Origin: Lama glama
Taxonomy: Eukaryota
Length of the DNA: 60,000 nucleotides
Assembly: GCA_028534125.1 (NCBI GenBank)
Contig: CM052816.1
Location: 20,958,001 to 21,018,000, forward strand
Direction: 5' to 3'
Below, in pieces: positions 13,643-26,838 of this stretch. The notes under the pieces are model-generated. The model was not told the DNA's origin. It did no database searches and was given only the letters and a program-made list of their open reading frames with translations. The first letter of the stretch is position 1. Each line of letters opens with the position of its first letter. Position numbers and translations under genes: made by a program.

Positions 13643-14779
13643 TTTAATAAATAATCTTTCTTATTGTCACTCTCCATCTTCACTCCCTTCCAATACAGCC
13701 TTGTACCTTCCCAGGCAGAATATGAAAAAAAGGAAATGAAATTGATGCAACTTATATAAAGGACAATTTGGCAGTATCTATCAGAATTAAAAGCACCTTC
13801 TGATTTAAAGATTGCAGTCTAAGGATTTATTGGTATAGTTGTCCATCGTATGAGATTATTAGTTGCAGTTTAGTTTGTAATTTAGCAATGGATTGGCAAC
13901 AACCTAAATGTCCACCTGTAGGGGACTAGTTCAAATAAATTATGATATTTGCAAACAATGGAATATTACACAAATTACATAATCTTTTGTGTAAAAAGAA
14001 GTAGGTATAACTGTATTTTAATATATAACATATCTTGAGAAGGATCCATTAGAAAATGCTAAGTAATTGCCTTCAGAACCGGAGTAGCTGAAGGTCAGGA
14101 ATGGGAGCGTTAATTATTTTTCACTCTATTTTTCATAGTTCATTTTGAGTTTTGCACCGATACATTTCCTAATTTATATAGATATATAGCTAAAATCTAT
14201 ATAAAGAATGAAGCTTAAAAGTAGTAATAAGTGGTCACTTCAGAATTTTAAAAAGGACAAATATCACTCTTCTTGATGTTGATGAATTACGAGCTTTTAG
14301 CATTGATAAAAAATAATTTCGTATGCATATTCCTTCTAATAGTTAATCACAAAGCTTCTCAAAGTTCCTTAATTTTATTTTCAAAAATCCTTAAAATGAT
14401 TGCTTCAAAATTAGTGGAAAGTGAAAAAACAGCTCCCCGAGGCTCCTTCACAGGAAGAAAACAGATAAGAGGCAGGAAATTATAACGTGTTTTCCAAATA
14501 ATGAACCAAAAGTAGTTTGTCTGGACAGTTCTACGAGACCCTTTGAAAAATCCTGTCTAGCTTATAATTATTACTTTACTCTCAATTAAATTATAGCTTG
14601 CCCTGAGTGGCAAGATGTTAAGTGCAGAAGGAAAGTATTCAAAATATCTTGAAGAAAAGTATTAACGGCAGATGTTTAGATGACAAAGGAAAAAGGCTGG
14701 CTTGGCTTCTTGCGAGAAGTTCAAGCGAGGTTCTGGGCAGCCTCCTGTAGACAAATTCCCTGCAGACTTCCTTTTTTCG

Positions 14780-15760
14780 GCCTGACCCACCGAGGGCCGC
14801 TGACTGCGGGCTTCAACGTCAGCACCGGGCAGCGGTCTAAGGGACTTCGGGTTCGGCCACACCCCCAGGAGGGGCGGACCGCCTGACCTCCCGAGCCCTA
14901 GAACCGGTAGATCCTGCTCCGCCCGGCCCCGCCCTTCCGAACCTCGCTAGCGGCTACGCGCCGAAGGGTGTGCGTGCCGGGATGTGCAAGCCCGGTCCTG
15001 CCCCGCCGGCCCGGCCCGATGGGGCCGCCCGGCCAGAGGGCTCAGGCACAGGCCACCTGGGAAGGAGCCCCGCCCACCCGGGGTCGTTGGACCCGGCGGC
15101 CGCGCACGTCACCACCCCGGCGTCACCTCCCTGCCCTGGAGGCCCCCTAGTCCTCTGCTTTTCTGGAGGGGAGGGGCGCGGCGTCGCCACGTGACGCCTC
15201 GTCCCCGCCCGGCCCTGGTCACATGGGTGGCGCGGCCGCTGCGTCAGTCACAGTCCTGGCTGCGGGAGTCGAGCCGCCGTCGCCGCCGCTGCCAGCGGAC
15301 GGGGCGGGGATCCCGGTGCCAGGTCCCCGTCAGCCCGCCCCTGCCGCCTCAGTCGGCCGTCCTGGGCTGGGCCCGACCGTCATGGAGCGGGGCGGGACCT
15401 CCGCCTGTGCCGTGTGAGGTGCGTCTCCGCCGCCGCCTGCGCTTTTCGAGACCTCCCGAATCCCCACCGCCGCCCGGAGCCCCGCGCCCTTGGCAGCCTG
15501 TCTCCGCCTCCCGGGCGGGCTCGAATGCGCGTCCGGTGAAGGTGCAGGCCCGGCGCCGCCGCTGCCGCGGCCGGGAGATGGTTCGGGCCTAGCGGAGCCG
15601 GGACTGGAGGTGAGAAGGACCGGCGACTGACTGAGGGCCGGGCCCGGCCGCGGGCGGGGATGGGGGAGGGGGAGAGCAGCTCCGCCTCCGGGCTCGGGGA
15701 GACCCTTCCGGCTGGGGGCTGCTCAATCGGCTCCTCTCGTTTTCGCGTTCCACCCCTGAC
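14780..15760. promoter_or_regulatory. AFF4: CpG-island promoter of AFF4
   Basis: Abrupt GC/CpG-rich block in an AT-rich background; GC boxes (~14871, ~14917-14935, ~15068, ~15203); E-boxes CACGTG at 15188-15193 and GTCACATGG at 15218-15226; CRE half-sites; Inr-like TCAGTC at 15244-15249; no obvious TATA box. Confidence 0.93.
15246..15609 (+). other. AFF4: AFF4 non-coding exon 1 (5'UTR; start approximate)
   Basis: Ends at donor GAG|GTGAGA (GT at 15610-15611), followed by G-runs. The ATG lies 4 nt into the next exon, so an upstream non-coding exon is required. Confidence 0.8.
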
Positions 15761-16226
15761 CCTCAAAAAAGATAATTAATTAAAAAGGCTAACCCAATCC
15801 TAACAAAAATTCCCACAAATCCATCTCTTCACCGTTCTTCCTTTCCCCTTTCGTTCCTTAATCCATTCCTTCCCTCAGAGATTCCGTCGACTGATTTGTT
15901 ACTTTTTCATATCCTCCTCAATTTCAAGTTATTTCTAGTTAAAAAGAAAATAGGCCTAGATTCTGGCTATCATTACCCAACTAGTTCTCGCTTTCCTTCT
16001 CGCGATCCTGCGCACGTCCTCCCCCCAACCCCCCGCAAAAGGGAAAAAATTTTCCGCCTTTGGCAAAGGGGCTTGACTGAAAATGGGAATGTGGGGGTGT
16101 AATACTTGAATACCCCCCCGTAATTTCTGAATCGGTCTGTTAGCGAGTTACCCCGATAGCTTGTATTTGGATATTGATGTGTAGGCCTTTCCTCCAGCTG
16201 CCTGTGCCCGGGGTTAATCTCGTAAT

Positions 16227-16234
16227 TGACGTCA
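16227..16234. promoter_or_regulatory. Full palindromic CRE (TGACGTCA) in proximal intron 1
   Basis: Exact motif in the CpG-retaining shoulder of the island; function not shown. Confidence 0.45.
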
Positions 16235-19200
16235 GTGCTTTGTTCCTTCCACTTTGCTGTTCTTTCCACAATTTGAGGATGGATCATGGGGTATAGGAGT
16301 TTGAGGAGTATCCTTATTACCTTTACTTTCACAAAGGATATCATTTATAGGAAGTTGAAGGTACGAATCTGAAATGCTTGTGTATGGAGTTCAAACTAAG
16401 ACGAAGAGTACGATTTAGGGTTCTCATAGTTGCAATTAAGAATTTTGCGATTTCTTTCTTGCTGGCCAGATGGGGATTTTAAACTAAGGCCAGTACCTTT
16501 TCCAGGTACCGGTTTTTTTTCCTGACGGAATCTAGGCTATAGTTGCTTGTGAATAAGGTGTTTGTAAATGTGACGTTTAAAACGAGTCTTGTTTTTAAAG
16601 GCTGAGATGTTAAAGGCTCAAAGCTTTGTTTCCATGTTGATTCTTCAAAGCTTTGTAAAGTGCTCCTTTTATATAACTGTCTTTTAACTTACCAAAATCG
16701 AAATATTTATGAGAACTTTCTTAATTTGGCATTTAATAAAGAGCCTTTGTGGCCTGTGAATCTGCCTAGAATCATCTTTGGTCATATGTGCATAAAGAAG
16801 TGTTGGCAAGTGGCCACCTGGTTTTTAACAAAGCTGGCTTCTTTAAATTTCTCAGGTTTATTTTACTTGTGCATCATTGCGTTATTCAGTCTCAAATATT
16901 AAAAAAAAAACTCAAGAAATTATTTTAAATTATCTTTTGGAGTTAACTTAGCTGGGAGCAATTTAAAAAAAATTTTTAATATCAGCAGTTTCGTCAGTTT
17001 GTGGCAGCTTGCAGGCTTATGACTTTGGTTTTTGTTATCTCTACAGGAACAGTAGGCAGATTTTGCTTTAAATAAAATTATGTGTCAAGTGGGGACAAGA
17101 TAGAATGTTTGTGAATGACCCAACATTTACTGTTTGGTTACAAAAAAAGAGCTTAGTTGCGTTCATTAGAAAATCGTCTACAATTTTGGGGTGTAAAGGT
17201 GATTCTACAGAGCTTTGGTGAAGTGTAATTAAGAACTCTGAAATATAGGATATTTTCATTCAGATTCACTTGCTATGTGTCAAATGATGTAGTTCCCTTC
17301 TCCATGCATTTGAGTTATTCTACTCTCTTTGTGACAGTTGATGCATTCTGCTTTGTATTGTAATTTTCTTATAGGCCTGCCATGTCTTTAGAGCAAGAAC
17401 TTTTTTTTTACCTCTCTGTATTCTCCCTAGTATTTTATGCAATTATTAGATTGAATTTGAATGTTATATCCAATCCAATACTTCACAAAAGAGTGATCCA
17501 AAAAAAGCTGTATGAGCAGGTAATCAGTGTTTGAAGGGGAGAAAGTAACTATTAACTACAGAATATGACAAGGTGAAGCCTTCTAAAATTATGTATCTTC
17601 CCTTTTTTAGGAGTTAAGGTAAATGTCATAGTTTTATGTGAACCTCAGAGGAACAAAGAAAATAAGTATTTCTTCTTTGGTGACTGTCTGCTGGTTTCAA
17701 ATGGAGTCCAAAATGTGTGAGGCCTTCTCTTCGTAGTATTTTTCATAAAATCAAAGAGATATTCTTAGATTTTGAAGGCACACCTGGACAATGACCCAGA
17801 AGTGCAATGTGTATTATAAAAATTGATGAATTAGATTTAATTTTTTATTTCATCCCTCTTCTACAGATATCTTACTTAAAAAACTTTCCTTTATAATGTA
17901 AAGGTTTCCCAGCTTTTGAACCCCCAATCCTCATTATGTTTCCTTTTTTATTTCCTCTGATAAGTTGGGACAATTATGTTTGATTTCTGGGAGGGTGTTT
18001 GCCAGTCTCAGTTATTGTGAAATAAGGTGTAGTCAGTGACTCAAGACTGCTTAAAGCTTACCTGACTTGTTACCTTGCTCTTTTTCCCTTTGGTTTAGGA
18101 AAAGCACCCTTACTTGTGTTAACTCCTTGCACCCACTCACCTTAGCTATTTAAAATGATACTCTAGTACGTGGTGGAAGAGGGCAGTAATAAACATTCCG
18201 GTTATTGAGTTTTGGCTGATCATCTGCATTCCTGTTTGTCTTGATGTTCATTTTCAGTGGCATCATATCCTGAGAATTTTAATGGTCCTGGCACATAGAA
18301 AATAGTAGAACTACTGAATTCACTACCGAAATACTCCAAAAACATTTTAATTTTGGAACTACTTACTCTATTTTTGAAGGAAAAAATCTTACTTAAAATA
18401 TACCTGCTTCATCAGTAGACTTTATTAAAAAATCTGTAACCTGGGGAGTGTTCTGAGGGAAGGAATTTCTTGTAACTTTCTCTTTTGAAGTGCCTGAAGT
18501 ACTATGATGGTGGCCTTTATGGATTTTAGGCAGGTAGACAAAGGTTATTAGTGGGTACTGTCTTAAACTAATTGTTTTGAACATCATTTCCTAGGCTAGA
18601 TAAAAGAGCTTCACGCATTCTTTTCCCAAAGTTGCATGGGGGGTGGAAATCAGGAATTGACATTAATAGATTGCCCTGGAAAGCCAGTATGGTTTGGCTA
18701 CCTAGATATTGTCATGATCTATCCTGAGACTGGGCTCCCTCAGGCTACTTTGGGCTTGAATGGGTCTCCTGTGATTTTTTTCAGTTTGGAACTACCTATT
18801 GGGTTATGACTTCACTTTGAGTTTTCCATTTCTTGTCATCATTAGGGTGGGGACAGTTTTATGGAGAGGTGAGTACAGGCCATTACTCTGCATTCCCACC
18901 TCTTCCCTATTGCTTTCATTTCTTCCATCTGGAATATCACTTTTCCTCTCTTGTTACCTATTTGTTAACATTTAACTATCTTTTAAGACCCAATGCAAAT
19001 ACCATTGCTTTCTTAAGTTTTACTTGATTCCCCACCCTACTCTAATTGTGACCTACCTCCTTTGAATCCCTGCATCAATTTGCATCTTTCTTAATTATTT
19101 AAGCAGCTAACTGTGGGACCATAGCATGCTGGTAATGTGGAGCACAATGTATTAGGGAAGATTCACTAGTAAAATGAAGATTATGTTGTCCTATTTCATT

Positions 19201-21094
19201 GTGTATCTCTGAAAAATATGAATTAAAACAATAATCCAATGTAAGATTTTCCCCCCAAAATTAACACTAATTCCTTAATATCATCACATATCCAATCTGT
19301 TAATTTCCCTGATTACAGTTTTTGTTTTGCTTTAACAGTTGTTTGAATTAGGATCCAAATAAGGTTCTTATTATATTGGATTAATGTGTGTCTCAACCCT
19401 CTTCTTTTTTTCCTCCATAGGTTCCTGTCTTTTTGTTCTTTTTCCCAATTGGTTTGTTAAAGAAACCAAGTGTTTATCCTGTGAGATTTCTGACAGTCTG
19501 AATTTTCCTGATTTCATCCTTGTGGTTTCATGTAATATGTTCTTCTGTCCCCTGTTTTTCCTGTAAATTAGTAGTTATGTCTGGAAGCTTGATCCGATTC
19601 AGGCTTGAATTTTTTTTTAATGACAAGAATACTTCATAGGTAGGGTTGTGTACTTCCTGTGTATTCTTAAACCCTCAGCCTGGCTTCTTATCCCTACCAT
19701 GCCACTGAAATTGCTCTCACCAAGGCCACCTGTGACTTCCGTGTTGTCAAATTATATAATCATTGCTTATTCCTTTACCTCTTTCTTTACTTAATATTAT
19801 TAGCTATTGTCTCCTTGATACTGTTTTTCTCCTTTTCTGCCTTTCTTACTATTTACTGCTTCTTTGCAGACTCTTTAATTCTCTGCTAATCCCTTTATAT
19901 TAGTTCTGTTTTTTATCTTGGCCTTCTCTTTTCACTTTTCTGGATGATTTTATCCATTTTGATTGCTTTGCTATATTTTTAGGTGTTTTTTGGGCACCAG
20001 AACTCTCATCCAATTGAATACCCCTCTGTAGATTGTCTAATAGATACTTTGTTTTCGTTAGGAGAGTGACACATACCTAAAATAAGCAAAAAGAAGAATT
20101 TATTGGGAACATACCGGGTATCCCATGAATTCTAAGAAAGGTAATCAAGCCATAGGAGGACAGTTAGAATTCAGGAACAGCTGCATCCAGGGGCTCCAGA
20201 TGTGATCAGGAGTATCTATATCTTACAAGATGCTCTTTGTTGAGTTAATTTTCTCTTGCTGCGGACCAACTTTAACACTTACTGTTGAGTTTTAAACCTT
20301 ACAGCTTCTGCCATCAGAGAAACTGATCTGATTCTCAATCCCAAATCTCAGAAAAGGGACTCATTAGGTTTTATGTCCACCTCTGGAGCACAATTTAGGT
20401 TAGGGGGCTACACTGTAATAACATGTTCCAGCTGCAACATCCCAAAGAGAAATGAAGTAAAGTGCACTCTTAAAACATAGTAGTCCACTTTGTTTATCCC
20501 ATGACTATTTAGTGCACACACCCAGTCTTACTGTTTTTAGGAATATATGTTAAATATTTTCTTTAACATAATCTGCCTATATATACCAGCAAGCTCATCT
20601 CTTCTATGGAGACAACCCAAATTCATATCTACTTATCACATCCAGCAGTCATTGTTCTCTGAGTCTGAATTGTGAAGGTGATACTCTTTGTTAATCAGGC
20701 CTAAGTTTACTTTGTCACATGTCTGAAAATTGTGGGCTAAATGCTAAATTTAACCATCCCTAGCATAACTGATACACAATGGTGGAAAAAAAATAACTAA
20801 AACTCTTATGAGGGGTGGGGAGAGGAAGGTATCATTGCTCCAAAACTTACCCCATATCTTGCTGGACAGGTACAGTATCGTAAGGTGAATGATAGAACCA
20901 GCAAATTGCATGGGCCTTCATTTGTTGACTTAATTCCTTGAAAATGGAGTGACTTCTTCTTTGGTAAACCAAATGACGATTTTCAGTTATGTACACTAAG
21001 AAGATTTTCCTTTTCTGTTGTCTTAGGTTAAGGTTAACACTGAGAAGACATTTGGAAGAATTTTAGGGGTGGGCAGTTCTATGTTGCTTTAGCA

Positions 21095-22638
21095 CAAGGG
21101 TTGGTAGACTATGGTTAGTAGGCCGAATGCTGCCCACTTTTGTGTGGCCTGAGTGCTAAGAGTGGTTTTTACGTTTTTAAGTGGTGGGAAAAAATCAAAA
21201 GAATATTTTGAGGCATGTGAAAATTATAGGAAACTCAATTTTCAGGGTCCATAAATTTTTTTTCATTTTTTCAGTTTTATTAGGTAGAATTGTTACAATT
21301 TGCACACATGTATTGCATATAAATACATATATACAATATACTGCGCATATTTTAAAAATTTACAGATATGTACTGTTCATTGTTTCTAAGAATGTTTAGA
21401 GCTTTAGCTTTTTAAACTTACATAGTTATCAAAGGAATAAAGCCAACCACAAAATAAGAATTAATTAAAAAAGATACATACACCCTGCTATTAACAGCAA
21501 CATTATTTATACTTGCCAAGATATGGAAGCATCCCAAGTGCACATTAACAGATGAATGGATAAAGCAGTTATAGCATATGTATGTAATGTCATACAACTC
21601 ACCCATAAAAAAGAAGGATATTTTGCCATTTGTGACCCTTCATTCACTTTTTTTTCACTTCGAAAACCAAAATTTTATAACTGGCATAAATATTTCCATT
21701 GCATCAAAAAGAACAAAATACCTAGAAATAAATTTAACCAAGGAAGTTACCTATCCTCTGAAAACTGTAAAACATTGATGAAGGAAATTGAAGTTAGTAC
21801 AAAGAAATGGAAAGATATCTCGTGCTGTTGGATTGGAAGGATCAATACTATGGAAATGGCTGTACTACCCAAAGCAATCTACAGATCCAATGCAACCCCT
21901 GTCAACGTACTCACAACATTTTTCACAGAACTAGAACAAACAATTCCAATTTATATGGAACCACAAAAGACCCCAAACTGCCAAAGCACTCTTTTGTAGA
22001 CCTTTTTTTTCTCTCTTTCTTTTTATTCTCTTTTCTTATGGTTTGTTGACTAAAGAAATTTCTTTAACATTTGTTGTAAAGCTGGTTCCGTGGTGCTGAA
22101 TTCTTTCAGCTTTCGTTTATCTGTGAAGCTTTTGATTTCTCCATCAAATCTGAATAAGAGCCTTGCTGGATAGAGTATTCTTGGTTGTAGATTTTTCCGT
22201 TTTATCACTTTAAATATATCTTGCCACTCCCTTCTGGCCTGTGGAGTTTCTGCTGAAAAACCAGCTGATAACCTTATGGGAGTTCCCTTGTATGTTATTT
22301 GTTGCTTTTCTCTTGCTAATTTAAATATTTTCTCCTTATCCTTAATTGTTGTCAATTTCATGACTATGTGCTTTGGTGTGTTCCTATTTGGGGTTGGTCC
22401 TATGTGGAACTTTGCACTTCCTGGACTTGGGTGACTGTTCCCTTTCCCAAGTTGGGGAAGTTTTTGGTTATTACATAAATAAGATTTTATTGGAGCACAG
22501 ACAGCACACTCATTTCTTTATGCATTGTATGTAGTTGCTTTTGCTGTTCCATTGGCAGAGTTGAGTAGTTGTAACTTTATGGCCTGCAAAGCCTAAAATA
22601 TTTAGTATGTGGTTTTAAAAAAGCTTGTCGACATCTGT
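21095..22638 (+). mobile_element. MER58B-like hAT MITE split by a ~1.2-kb composite retro-insertion (21257-22473)
   Basis: Left half ends gtcCATAAAT; right half resumes CATAAATaagattttattggagcacag...ggcctgcaaagcctaaaatattt. The insert carries L1 ORF2 (+) and ORF1 (-, ORF 22050..22361) pieces. Confidence 0.8.
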
Positions 22639-25100
22639 CTTAGCAGATCAAATAGCCCTTAGTGGATACTTGAGTCTGAGGATTGCCTTAGGGTTGAGCA
22701 GTTAGTTACAAGGTCCTATTTACTGTGGTGGTGGTGGTGGTGGTTAGGGGTTTTTTGGTTTGACTGTAGATTGCATATATATGTATGTGTGTGTGGGGTA
22801 TGTATGTGTGTATACATATATGTGTGTATATACATTTACATATACATATAGATATATAAATATAACAGATAGGGCCTGCACATTGGCCTGTCTTTAGTTA
22901 GGGATTCAGACTTTACCTGTCAATTATACCCTGAAGGTAGGATCACACTATGGGTTACGAAGTAACATGGTTGATTTTAGTACAGCTGTGTGAATTGGGG
23001 AGAGAATTTCCAGAAAAGCTGGGGGTAAGTGAGATGACAGTAGAAGCTGATCAGATAGTCCCTGTAACTATTGATCATGTACAAATTATTCTACTACTTC
23101 TCAATCCCCTCATCCCTAAATTCTGCTCTTTTCCTTGTCTTGGAGAACGCATCACCGTCATTGCTTTTTCTAGAAACCTGCAAATTGTCCTTGATTCCTC
23201 TGTTTTACATATCATGTCTCCCTGGGCCCAAGATTCTACTCCCTAATGTCTTTGAATCCAAACCCTTTGTCTACATTCCTACTATTACTGGCTTAATCCA
23301 GGCTTTCATTTCTCTCCTGGGTTATTGCAACAGTCTCCTCATTGTTTCTTTATAATCAACTTCACCTTGTACCAGAGTGATTTTTTTCCCCCTCTAAATT
23401 GCAAATTCACTTGTCTTTAAACTCATTAGTAGTATTGCATTTTCTGTAGCAATCTTCTAACTGGGGATTCTTGTACAATAATGAGTTTTATGTAACTTCT
23501 GAACGACTGCTTTATAGTCAAACAATCCCCTGGGAGTTTGTTGCTGTGTTTAGATTTTGTTTACTATTGTATTTGTGTCAAGTTATAAAGCATTGTATAA
23601 ATGATGCTTGGACAGGGAAAGATGGTGAGTTAAATTGGATTATGTCCTGATATGTGTTAGTATACAGGCAGGCCAAACTCTGGCATAGTAGTACCTTATT
23701 TTCTCTGTGCGATGTATCTGGTAGATCCCATCTTTGTCATTTATCGTTGTGAGACAGTTTGCAGTAGGAGTGTTTTGTTCCAAACTTCAGCAGTGGTTAT
23801 ACTAGATAAACAGTTTGTGTAGATTTCATTAGGGTGCTAATGAACAAGAAAGACCGCCAGACTTAACAAGTGAGGCCTCTTTCAAATTGACATTTAAGGA
23901 CTGGCTAGTAGTATGTATAAAGTTCGATTTCCCTAAATTAGAAAATAAACACTTGCAGTTACTAAATCTATTTAGTATGATGTATTTATAAACATTTATT
24001 GCACTAGTAATATTAAGTCAAATTACCAAGGTGGTTTAAAAATACAGAACTAGACCAGAGACTACATATTTCCAGGATTGAATACATCATTGGTCTAGTT
24101 TATGCAAAACAGCATAATCTGTTATGTTAATGTTATTTAAAATTTTGTTTTGTATTTAATTTTTAAAGTTGCTTTAGTTTTGCAGCTCCATAAGAGCTAT
24201 GAACATATAACGAGTTCATATCTAATTTTATATCCATACTATTTTATTAATGCTAGAATGAAGAAGTCATCATCCAAGATCTGGGAAATATAATTTTCTC
24301 TGAAAAGGTCCTTGTATCTTTCAGATTTGAGAAACAAACCCACAAGTCTAGACTGATCCCATATATGTCTCCAGTCTTACCTTTCATTTTCTCTCCCCCA
24401 ATTCTGTTTTCCAGCCACCCTTGATCTACTTCTGTGCTCTGGGTGTGCTGTGTGTTCTCTCCTTTGGGCTGTTGCATGTGTAGTTCTGTTTGCTAAGAGC
24501 CAGCTCCCCTCCTTCCACCTTCTTCCCTCTCTTCCTTCCTCCTTTTGTCCTGCCACCTTTCTCTAGTCAGGCTAGCTGTAACCAGATCTTGGAGATGTTG
24601 GGTAATTTTAATTTTTATATTCTTAGCCTTAGTGTAGTGTCTGACAGTATAATGAATGAGTTTAAGTAGTTGTTGAGTGGACTAGTGTTAACATTGCACC
24701 TTATATGTGGTCTATACTGAAGAGACAGATTTTAAAATCAGACTTGTAAAGCCTTTACAGTTCTTTCTGAATTCTGTTTAAATATGTCACAAGTCTGAAT
24801 TAGAAAATATTTTGAAAGTAGGTTTACTTTTTTCACTCACAAATTGATTTTTCAAACTAGTCTTTGTGCCATAATAAATAAGTCACTTATAACTTATAAG
24901 TTTGTATTCCAGTGATTAAAGAGCAATAGCCTTAACTCCTTAACTACCTTTTAAAGCAATATTCTTATTTATGTTTTAATAGAACCTTATTAACAAGAAT
25001 TTAGAGTAATTAGAACAGGGGCTGATTTAAGTTTACAAGCCTTGAGTATATACTTTCTTGATTCAGTATGTTACCATTTTCTCTTGAACCTTTTTAAAAA

Positions 25101-25209
25101 AATGTATTTATGTATTTATTTATTTATTTTTAATGGAGGTACTGGGGATTGAACCCAGGACCTCATGCATGCTAAGCATGGGCTCTATCACTGAGCTACA
25201 CCCTCCCCC
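25101..25209 (-). mobile_element. vic-1-like SINE (short form, lacking the CCTAATTACCTCC extension)
   Basis: tRNA-Ala-like body directly joined to a (TTTA)n tail; imperfect TSD ...AACCTTTTTAA. Confidence 0.9.
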
Positions 25210-26707
25210 ACTTTTAACCTTTTTAATAGTATTCTAAGGAACTTTATGTATTTCAGAAAATCCAGGTTACTATCTCCTGTCTTCGTATATGCAAATGAGG
25301 TTGAAATGCATGAGAAATAATTTCTTTGTAGTGTAAACTCTAAGGAAACTTTGCTGTGTAATGCTTTTAAACTTTTGCTTAATTTGCTATATGCATTTTT
25401 AGGTAATAAAATTGCTTTTATTTTGCCATTTGGACTTATGTTATTTTCTTTTGGCTTTCAGGTACTATAAATGAAAGCAGTCTTGCAGTACTCTGTTGAG
25501 CAGATCATTTCTTTCTGGGTGTTGTTGACTGAAACATTCAGTTTTTACACCTTCTCAGTTTGCCAAGTATGATTCTGAGATTTTACAGTCTAGCGCTTAT
25601 ATTTGGTGAACGTTTGAGAGTACATGGTTTATGTAAAAATAGAAATTGATCATTTCTGTGTGTATTTTTCTTGTACATATGTTGTTTTTCTTTTAGATAA
25701 ACTCTTTTAGAAAAATTGCATTAAAAAACAACAGAATTCAATTAGTATCAATATTTAATGCTTGTTTGGGTTGATAATATATTTAATGCAGAAAAAAGAA
25801 GACATGCTCTCTTACTGTTATCAAATATAACCAAAAGTCTTAGGAAGGAAATGGGAGACTATCCATGGATAGAAGGAGATGGGTGTAACCATATGTGAAA
25901 CTGTTTTCAGCAAGTACTCCCACTAACTCTCAGACTCTTGAGGCAGTAAGACTATAGTTGTGACCTTTATAAAATTCATCAAGTGTGTTGAGTATGTATC
26001 TATTGTGTACCAACTGTTGTGTTAAGTGTTGAAGAGAGGAGACGTTAAGTGGTTGCTATAGTTCTTACTCGCCAGAGGCTTATAAAATGGAAGTGAGTAG
26101 GGAAGGCAGATAGAAAAATAATAATAAATAATCCTAATGTAAGGCAAGTGTTAAGCACCAAATGAAATACAAAGAAATGCTTTGGGAAGTAAGTTATTTT
26201 AGTGGCAGAGGATTCTTGGAGAGCTTCTTGGAGAAAGGGGTACGTATGTGATAAAACTTTGCAATGGATGTATTTAGAAAGGGGTAGAAGGAGGGACATT
26301 ATCATAGAGGGACTAGTTTGAGCAAAGACCTGGATCTGAATATTTGTGTGTTATTTTCAGGCTCAAAGTCCTGAAGGCTTTATAAAAGTAGATAGAAATA
26401 GAACTGTGGACAGCTTTGAATCCAGAGATGAGAATTTTTTACTTAGATTTTTCATAGAGCTTAGAGTTACTAGTTACTTTTGAGTGGAAGAATGTACTAA
26501 TTAGCTCTATTTTATCAACATATTAAAGTAATTATTAGTGCATACGTTATGTAAGTTTCCAGTAAGGTACATTTGTACCTTTGTGGGTTTTAGAAATTTG
26601 TTTGTTTTCAAAGTGAGAAACTGAGTCAGAAACTTGTTTTCTCTTTTATAAAGCGATCTGTACAGTTTCACTTTTAACCATTCTCACCACCCATTTATTC
26701 ATCTTTA

Positions 26708-26838
26708 TTGGTTTGTTTGCTTTGGAGGGGAGATAATTAGGTTTATTTATTTACTTAAAAAATTTTTTTAATGGAGGATTGAACCCAGGACCTAGTTAGT
26801 GTATGCTAAGCACATGCTTTACCACTGAGCTGTACCTT
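26708..26838 (-). mobile_element. vic-1-like SINE with TSD CCATTTATTCATCTTTA (26691-26707 / 26848-26864)
   Basis: gattgaacccaggacc...accactgagctgtacc; flanking direct repeats. Confidence 0.85.

Noticed and set aside
14662..15766. Several long Pro/Arg/Gly-rich ORFs (up to 202 aa) on both strands
   Set aside because: Expected from stop-codon scarcity in a GC-rich CpG island, and the + strand ones start upstream of the likely transcription start. Only the short exon 1 uORFs were kept.
21556..22361. L1 ORF1/ORF2-like ORFs (also 48945, 50872, 52719, 59256) as functional genes
   Set aside because: Short, frameshifted and truncated fragments; no intact L1 in the window.
25135..25209. tRNA-Ala-like sequences with A and B boxes
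   Set aside because: Multiple diverged copies with A-rich tails and TSDs: SINEs, not tRNA genes.
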